Of a DNA stretch of 64,000 bases, positions 58,265 to 64,000 are shown piece by piece. How positions within the stretch are numbered: position 1 is the stretch's first letter; each line of letters opens with the position of its first letter. The translations under genes and the position numbers were made by a program. Source of the DNA: Candidatus Zhuqueibacterota bacterium (lineage in GTDB: Bacteria; Zhuqueibacterota; Zhuqueibacteria; Residuimicrobiales; JAFGEC01); assembly GCA_016931775.1 (NCBI GenBank), contig JAFGEC010000512.1:460-64459 (forward strand), read 5' to 3'. Below the pieces are notes generated by a model. It made no database searches, was not told the DNA's origin, and worked only from the letters and a program-made list of their open reading frames with translations.

Positions 58265-58717
58265 ATGAGGATAGGAAAGAATCAATCGGAAGAGAAAGAG
58301 AGAATTGTCATCGGTTCAATCGACTACGACGTGATCCGTGCTCTGGGGCGGCGATTCAACAGCGATGAATACGAACTTGTGTTCGTACAGAAGGGTGTCA
58401 ACATTCTGCATGAAATTTTGGAAAAAGAGGTGGACATGCTCATTCTGGATCTGGAAATTTCCGGAACCATGAACGTGGAAATTTTACCGGTGATCAGAAG
58501 ACTGCGGCCCAAATTGCCTATCGTTCTTATTACGGATGATTTTACACACCAGATACGTCAAGTCGCCGCGCAGCTAGGCGTCACATATCAGGCATTTAAA
58601 CCGATGTCGGATAATGAGACCGATGCCATCGTATCAGCGACATCGCAAATTATTCAAAAATCGAAAATTCTCAATCCAGAATGTTTCAGTGAAGCGGAAA
58701 ATTCGCCCGGATGCTGA
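58265..58717 (+). CDS. Stand-alone receiver (CheY-like) domain protein
   Basis: Alternating beta-alpha pattern with an acidic pocket (DYD...MLILDLE) and the conserved ...VLITDD...; 150 aa. Confidence 0.6.
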   Translation: MRIGKNQSEEKERIVIGSIDYDVIRALGRRFNSDEYELVFVQKGVNILHEILEKEVDMLILDLEISGTMNVEILPVIRRLRPKLPIVLITDDFTHQIRQVAAQLGVTYQAFKPMSDNETDAIVSATSQIIQKSKILNPECFSEAENSPGC

Positions 58718-58757
58718 GCGACTATGCTTTCGAATCGATTGAATTGACCGTTGTTTG

Positions 58758-58792
58758 AACCACCGGAATTACTAATACCGGTGGTTTTTTAT
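58758..58792 (+). terminator. Rho-independent terminator
   Basis: AACCACCGG-aattactaata-CCGGTGGTT followed by TTTTTT. Confidence 0.65.
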
Positions 58793-58933
58793 TTAATATA
58801 TTCGCTATTTTTGAGCCTTTGGTTTTTTCTTGACTTGTAAAACTTTTATATTTATTATTCCACAAGTAAACGACCGGCCGTATGGAAAAAAAAGTGGGAG
58901 AATCCAACAGACTTTTTCAATCAGGAGGGTAAA

Positions 58934-59428
58934 ATGAAAAGATATCTGCCATTGTTTTGTTCTTTTTTTCTTGTTTTTACTGTGTGCGTAACTCGGGACT
59001 CTGTCGATACTGAAAAAGTAACACAGGAGGTAAAACTGGTGATAGATCGGTTCTACCAACTTTACACCACAAAAGATTTGGATTTGCTTTCAAAGATTGT
59101 GGCTCACGATGAGGATATGGTGAATTTGGGGACGGATTCGGTTGAATATTGGGTTGGGTGGGAGTCGCTCAATACAGCGTTTCAGAAGCAGTGGGAATCA
59201 TTTGAAAAGCCTGAGATCACCTACAGAAACCAATCCATCAAGATATCTCAATCAAGGACGGTTTCCTGGTATTCAATGTTATTGGATTTCACAGTGGTGT
59301 TTGAGGGAAAAACGGTGCGCTGGACCGGAGCGAGGACGACGGGTATATTGGAAAAGAGAGAGGGTGAATGGAAAATCGTGCAGTTTCATAATTCAATGCC
59401 GGTTCTGATTCCTGCGGCTGATTATTAA
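58934..59428 (+). CDS. Secreted NTF2-like/SnoaL-like (DUF4440-type) protein
   Basis: Signal peptide; cone-shaped alpha+beta fold signature (...DRFYQLYTTKDLDLLSKIVAHDED...WKIVQFHNS). Confidence 0.6.
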   Translation: MKRYLPLFCSFFLVFTVCVTRDSVDTEKVTQEVKLVIDRFYQLYTTKDLDLLSKIVAHDEDMVNLGTDSVEYWVGWESLNTAFQKQWESFEKPEITYRNQSIKISQSRTVSWYSMLLDFTVVFEGKTVRWTGARTTGILEKREGEWKIVQFHNSMPVLIPAADY

Positions 59429-59508
59429 TGGTTTTTTCCAAAACCCGGCGCGGGCGTTTACTTTATTGTACCGGATTGTTTAATTGAAAACGATCATAAC
59501 ACGGAGAG

Positions 59509-60597
59509 ATGATGGCCGAACGTCTTGTCAATATGTTTTTCACCGGGCAATCCATGGAAAAATTTGCCGGCATAATCAGTGCGAATTATCCTGCTTTTGC
59601 CCGGGACCGGTTTTTATCACTTGTCTATACGGATAATTGGGACAAAAAAGAGTTAAAAGAAAAAATGCGGCATACAACGCTCTGTCTCAGGCAGGTTTTA
59701 CCGGACTCTTTCCCAGAAGCGGTCGAAGTATTGATCGCCGCCGCACCGTTGGTGAAAGGATTCGAAGCCATGGTTCTGCCGGACTATGTGGAATTGTACG
59801 GTTTGGACCACTGGGAAAAATCCATGCAGGCACTGGAAGTGTTTACCCAATATTCGTCATCCGAGTTTGCCATCCGGCCGTTTATAATCCAGGATCCGGC
59901 CGGAGCCATGACTTATATGAACAAATTTGCGGAAAGCGCAAATCCAAAAGTCCGGCGTTTCTCCAGCGAAGGCTGCCGGCCCAGGCTGCCCTGGGCCATG
60001 GCAATTCCCGCTTTTAAAAAAGATCCGTCGCTCATACTGCCGCTGCTGGAAAAATTAAAAGACGACGTCTCTGAATCTGTCCGTAGAAGTGTGGCCAACA
60101 ATCTGAACGATATATCCAAGGATCACCCCGATATTGTACTGGATCTATGCGAATCCTGGGCCGGTGATTCGGCGCGTACAGGCGAAATAATTAAAAGGGC
60201 GTGCCGTGGACTGCTGAAGGCCGGTGATAAGCGGGCTCTGGTGCTTTTCGGCTTTTCGAATCCCGGTTTGCTTCAAGTAGAGTCGATTGGTGCGGACAGG
60301 AGTGTTGTGACAATCGGGGACGAAATTTTTTATTCTTTTGATTTGATCGTGCATGATCAAACCTGCAAGGTGCGGCTGGAGTACAGCGTGTTTTTCGTAA
60401 AGTCCGGGGGCAAAACATCGAAAAAAATCTTTCAGATCATTGAAAAAGAATTCGAACCGGGCCGCTATCGGATCAAAAGAAAGCATTCGTTTGCCGATCA
60501 ATCCACACGTAAACATTATCCCGGCGTGCACCGGTTTGAGTTTATTGCCAACGGTGAGGTGAAGGGGGAATTTTTGATCGGTGTCAATGAACGGTGA
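59509..60597 (+). CDS. HEAT-like-repeat DNA alkylation repair glycosylase (AlkC/AlkD family) with a C-terminal Ig-like extension
   Basis: ...EFAIRPFI...VRRFSSEGCRPRLPW...VRRSVANNLNDISKDHP... matches PF08713-type DNA alkylation repair enzymes. The extra roughly 120 aa are beta-rich. Confidence 0.7.
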   Translation: MMAERLVNMFFTGQSMEKFAGIISANYPAFARDRFLSLVYTDNWDKKELKEKMRHTTLCLRQVLPDSFPEAVEVLIAAAPLVKGFEAMVLPDYVELYGLDHWEKSMQALEVFTQYSSSEFAIRPFIIQDPAGAMTYMNKFAESANPKVRRFSSEGCRPRLPWAMAIPAFKKDPSLILPLLEKLKDDVSESVRRSVANNLNDISKDHPDIVLDLCESWAGDSARTGEIIKRACRGLLKAGDKRALVLFGFSNPGLLQVESIGADRSVVTIGDEIFYSFDLIVHDQTCKVRLEYSVFFVKSGGKTSKKIFQIIEKEFEPGRYRIKRKHSFADQSTRKHYPGVHRFEFIANGEVKGEFLIGVNER

Positions 60598-60625
60598 ACA
60601 ATGATCAGCGAATAGTGATCAAAAA
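60595..60625. repeat. Third copy of the TGAACAATGATCA motif (see 46757-46790)
   Basis: gtgaacaatgatcagcgaatagtgatca seen directly. Confidence 0.4.
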
Positions 60626-60810
60626 GGCCGGAAAGATTGACGAGATCCGGATACATTTTTGCATTAATTTTCTATAATTAAACAGGATACAGATGTGGAA
60701 TTATATTTAATTCAATCGCTTAAAGGCCGAGTTGTCAAACATATAATATACAGGATAAACACTTTTTGGTTTATCTGTGGATAAAAACCTAAAGGATAGG
60801 TCTGAATAGA

Positions 60811-61185
60811 ATGAAATACACATCAGAATTCGATAACACCAGTGGCATCTGTACAGTCCGCGTTACGGGAGAGTATCGTCGACCTGATGATAGTGATAAA
60901 CTGAAACACTTTGCCATTGACTTTTTCATGGAGCACGGATGCCGTTTGTTTCTGTTTGATATGACGCAAACGCGGGTTATCAGCGGGACGATGCCTACCT
61001 TCAACGCTGCAAATCCTCCTGACGAGCTCGCTCAGTCACTTAGAAAGATTAAAACTGCATTTGTGCGTCGAGAACTCGATGAAGACGACCGTTTTTTTGA
61101 AAACGTTGCCGTTAATCGAGGATTCCCGCTGCGTGCGTTCGATTCTTTCGATAAAGCTGTTGAATGGTTAAAACAATGTAAATAA
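60811..61185 (+). CDS. Hypothetical protein, possibly a STAS-like (DUF4180-type) fold
   Basis: RBS AAAGGATAGG upstream; 124 aa. The family guess comes from vague resemblance only. Confidence 0.45.
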   Translation: MKYTSEFDNTSGICTVRVTGEYRRPDDSDKLKHFAIDFFMEHGCRLFLFDMTQTRVISGTMPTFNAANPPDELAQSLRKIKTAFVRRELDEDDRFFENVAVNRGFPLRAFDSFDKAVEWLKQCK

Positions 61186-61761
61186 CGGCGCCTTACTATG
61201 CCTTATTAGGGATATGAGAGAAAATGGATTGCTTCAAGCAGGCGTTGCGTCTTTGAATTATTTTTCAGAGCTGTAATGAAAAAGTTTGTGTGTATTCTTC
61301 TGTCACTCCTGGCAATGTTGTTTATAATGCAAATTAAAGAACGTTGTCTATCGAAAATTTAATAATTAACTTTCAGTCGTTTTACAGTAAAAAACAAATA
61401 ATGTACTTTGATTGGCGTATGGCATTTTCATAATTTTTTAAATTATTTTGATCTTTTGTCAATAGAATATTATGATTCACGGATGCATTGGCCCTAATAA
61501 TCCGGTCAAACGGATCGCGAGTCCAGGAAAGAGCCAAAGAGCCTGTTGTTCTTTTTTGGGAGGAATTGTGACGGAACCGCACCCTAAAACTCTACAATCC
61601 CCTTGACATTCATTCGCAAGTTTGATAATTTTACAAGAACGGAATGATCAATCGCAATAAATTTAATGTTATCAATTCATTATATCAGTCCTTGCGTTTT
61701 TCAGGGAATATATTTATATCGATGAATATGCAGAATAATTTTAAAATGGCGGAGCCTTAAA

Positions 61762-62628
61762 ATGAATCAAAAGAATAACAAAAAATATCCAAAGGCGAAA
61801 ATCGGTTCATACGAATTGAAAAGGATTTGTTCAATAGTAGTGTATGGAATGATCGTTTTTACAGCTTTATCGGCACCGGCCGTTTTTTCGCAGGAAACAC
61901 TTGAATTGGACACGGACCTCACGGTCCGGGAAATCCAGCCGGGCGCCTATCTCGTGACCCACACTTTTCCATGGCCGGCTAACTCGTTGTTGGCGGAACT
62001 CGGGGACAGCACGTGGCTTCTGGTGGATACGCCGTGGACCAACCAGGCCTCGGAAAAATTATATGATTGGATCAGCGAACGGGGTGAGTTAAAGGCAGTG
62101 ATCAACACCCATCACCACCGGGATAATCTGGGCGGTAACGGTTTTTTTATCGCAAAAAGCGTTTCGGTTTATGGATCGGATCTGACGGTCGAATTATTGA
62201 AAAAGCATATCAAAGAAGGTGATCCGACTCTGGAAAACGATTCGGAAAGATACGAATCCTACTTTAAAGTGTTTCGTGAAACGCCGCTTGTGCCTCCGAA
62301 TTTTTCCTTTCCTCTCAAAGAAGGACTGTGGCTGGATTTCGGCCGAAAAGCCGAGATTTATTTTCCCGGCGCCGGTCATACGGCCGATAATGTGGTGGTT
62401 TATTTACCGGACCGTCGTATTTTATTCGGCGGCTGTCTGGTACGAGCCGCCGGCAGCACCACGCTGGGGTATACGGGTGCCGCGGATTTGGCGGCCTGGC
62501 CCGGATCGCTGCGAAAATTGCTGGAGAGATACCCGGAATGTCAAACGGTTATTCCGGGCCACGGACAGCCCGGGGATAAATTACTTTTTGAGCATACTTT
62601 GCATCTGCTCGAAAACTTCGGAAACTAA
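61762..62628 (+). CDS. Subclass B1 metallo-beta-lactamase with a signal peptide
   Basis: All six zinc ligands are in the B1 context: NTHHHRDNLGG (H116/H118/D120), GAGHTADN (H196), ILFGGCLV (C221), VIPGHGQPGDK (H263). It aligns along its whole length with BcII-like enzymes. Confidence 0.8.
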   Translation: MNQKNNKKYPKAKIGSYELKRICSIVVYGMIVFTALSAPAVFSQETLELDTDLTVREIQPGAYLVTHTFPWPANSLLAELGDSTWLLVDTPWTNQASEKLYDWISERGELKAVINTHHHRDNLGGNGFFIAKSVSVYGSDLTVELLKKHIKEGDPTLENDSERYESYFKVFRETPLVPPNFSFPLKEGLWLDFGRKAEIYFPGAGHTADNVVVYLPDRRILFGGCLVRAAGSTTLGYTGAADLAAWPGSLRKLLERYPECQTVIPGHGQPGDKLLFEHTLHLLENFGN

Positions 62629-62768
62629 ACCCTGACAGTGAGATATTTATTTGCTTTTAAAGGGAAAATTTTTTAAGTTATCCAGTTGAAAAAAATTACA
62701 TGACTTGAATGGCCTGTTCGAAAATCCCCTTGTTTGTTCAATAAGTAAAATCACTGACTGAAAGGAAA

Positions 62769-64000
62769 ATGATGTTCAGATTATGGATTATTCTCCACAG
62801 TTTTTTATTTTTAGCAAGTTTTTTGTACGGACAATCTCCGTCCTTTGACACTTTTATCAATCCTATTATTCCCGGTGACCATCCTGATCCTACCTTAACA
62901 AAAATAGGCAGGTATTTTTATACATCCGGTTCTTCGTTTAATCCCACGCCGAAAATTTACCGTTCCACCGATCTGGTGCATTGGCAGGTCATCGCCCAGC
63001 CGGTTTCGGCTTCCTGGTCTCAATACGGGGACAACCCCGGCGGCGGTATTTGGGGCGGACATATGATTTTTTATAATGGTCGATACTGGCACTATTTGGG
63101 AAGAGGCGGCGGAAGAATGTATTTCGTGACGGCTGATTCACCCGAAGGTCCTTGGAGTGTGCCAACCAGCGTTAACGTACCCGCTGGCATGTCCGGTTTG
63201 GGTGTCGATAATTCCGTCTTTATCGACGAAGAAACCGGAAAATGGTATTTGCTCACCAAGGCCGGGCAGCAAAATAATCATATCGTGGAATTGGGAGAAA
63301 ACGGCCAGCCGACCGGCGTTGTACTCGATTTGACCTGGCTGAATCCCAATTCGCAAGGGAATCCTTACGGCTGGGCGGAAGGTCCGGTGATGTGGAAGTA
63401 CAAGGGCTATTATTATTACAGTTTTGCGGAACACCTGGTCGGCAGACAATACGTGATGCGCAGTGAAACGTTAACGTCTGAAAAGTCGGCCTGGACGATT
63501 GTGGGAACAAATATGTTTACCGGTCCCACCGGCAACTATAACAGACCGAATCATATCTCGCCGGTTGTTATGCTTGATGACGGTACAAGCTGGTGTGTCG
63601 CGCATAGTTATCACAGCAACGCCGGCTGGTATGCGCACGGACGCCAGGGCTTGCTCTGTCAGGTGACCTACAATAATCAGGATTTTCCCGTCATACAATA
63701 TCCATCCAACAATGCCGCTCAGGCCCCCGCTCTTCCCAGCAGTGGTATCCCCTGGATGGTGCCCAAATCCGACAACTTTAATGTACAGGAACTGAAGCCC
63801 GAATGGTCGTTCCTGGGATATACACCCGACCGTACCTGGTCCCTGACCGAACGGGAGGGCTGGTTATATCTGGAGCCTTACGGCGGAAGAAACACCGTTA
63901 TTCAAAATGACGGTGAGCACAGTTATTCTATCATCACACGGGTGGATTTCGAACCGGAATCCGCCTCGGAAAAAGCCGGATTATGGATCCTTAACGGGCC
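62769..64000 (+). CDS. Glycoside hydrolase family 43 (beta-xylosidase/arabinofuranosidase-like), with signal peptide and 3' end outside the window
   Basis: I translated it by hand from the ATG at 62769 (RBS AAAGGAAA): MMFRLWIILHSFLFLASFLYGQS...NPIIPGDHPDPTLTKIGRYFYTSGSSF...STDLVHWQVI.... This is the GH43 N-terminal signature. The frame is open to the window end. The ORF track lists nothing because no stop was reached. Confidence 0.75.
   Translation, partial: MMFRLWIILHSFLFLASFLYGQSPSFDTFINPIIPGDHPDPTLTKIGRYFYTSGSSFNPTPKIYRSTDLVHWQVIAQPVSASWSQYGDNPGGGIWGGHMIFYNGRYWHYLGRGGGRMYFVTADSPEGPWSVPTSVNVPAGMSGLGVDNSVFIDEETGKWYLLTKAGQQNNHIVELGENGQPTGVVLDLTWLNPNSQGNPYGWAEGPVMWKYKGYYYYSFAEHLVGRQYVMRSETLTSEKSAWTIVGTNMFTGPTGNYNRPNHISPVVMLDDGTSWCVAHSYHSNAGWYAHGRQGLLCQVTYNNQDFPVIQYPSNNAAQAPALPSSGIPWMVPKSDNFNVQELKPEWSFLGYTPDRTWSLTEREGWLYLEPYGGRNTVIQNDGEHSYSIITRVDFEPESASEKAGLWILNG

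Noticed and set aside
61278-61364. 28-codon hydrophobic ORF (MKKFVCILLSLLAMLFIMQIKERCLSKI) in the 575-nt gap before the metallo-beta-lactamase
   Set aside because: No RBS. It looks like a signal-peptide fragment and may be a gene remnant, so it is not reported as a gene.
1-64000. Search for CRISPR arrays, tRNA or rRNA genes, and integrase, transposase or IS elements
   Set aside because: No regularly spaced direct repeats, no T-loop (GGTTCGAATCC-like) or cloverleaf candidates in intergenic regions, and no DDE or tyrosine-recombinase ORFs were seen. Apart from the 13-mer noted above, nothing repeat-like was found.

Overview
This 64-kb window comes from a bacterial chromosome of moderate GC content (about 45 %). 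It is densely coded on both strands, and I found no rRNA, tRNA or CRISPR array.

Lineage clues:
- Five large secreted proteins carry a type IX secretion system (T9SS) C-terminal sorting domain, with the tail ...FPNPFNP...YxxLGRxV...GxYFYKL/IR.
- There are two NtrC-type sigma-54 activators and several PAS histidine kinases.
- A LolCDE-like transporter sits next to a Firmicute-style McsA/McsB/ClpC module.
- Together these point to a diderm member of the FCB superphylum, such as an Ignavibacteria-, Calditrichaeota- or Marinimicrobia-like lineage. I cannot name the genus from sequence alone.

Housekeeping genes:
- rnz (3' end only), tkt, gpmI, and the archease-rtcB RNA-repair pair.
- A long minus-strand block: prfB (with its programmed +1 frameshift), lysS, lolC/lolE/lolD, mcsA, mcsB, clpC.
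- nth with ylxQ/ylxR-like genes.

Accessory content:
- A roughly 1,470-aa beta-helix/Ig-repeat adhesin interrupted by a frameshift at a 9-nt poly-G tract.
- A 1,503-aa M28 peptidase and a 1,029-aa arylsulfotransferase-like protein, both T9SS cargo.
- A membrane-anchored HNH nuclease translationally coupled to a secreted beta-helix protein.
- An ECF sigma factor that reads in-frame into a signal-peptide beta-barrel protein.
- An XRE / membrane / FGE-sulfatase / membrane / PmoA-like five-gene cluster.
- A histidine kinase / degenerate kinase (His to Asp) / sigma-54 regulator operon.
- DNA-alkylation repair genes (an alkyltransferase-like protein, AlkC/AlkD-like).
- A subclass B1 metallo-beta-lactamase and a GH43 glycosidase (3' end outside the window).

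No canonical phage-defence or mobile-element module is recognisable. The most unusual loci are the poly-G-interrupted adhesin, the sigma-factor/barrel fusion and the HNH/beta-helix pair.
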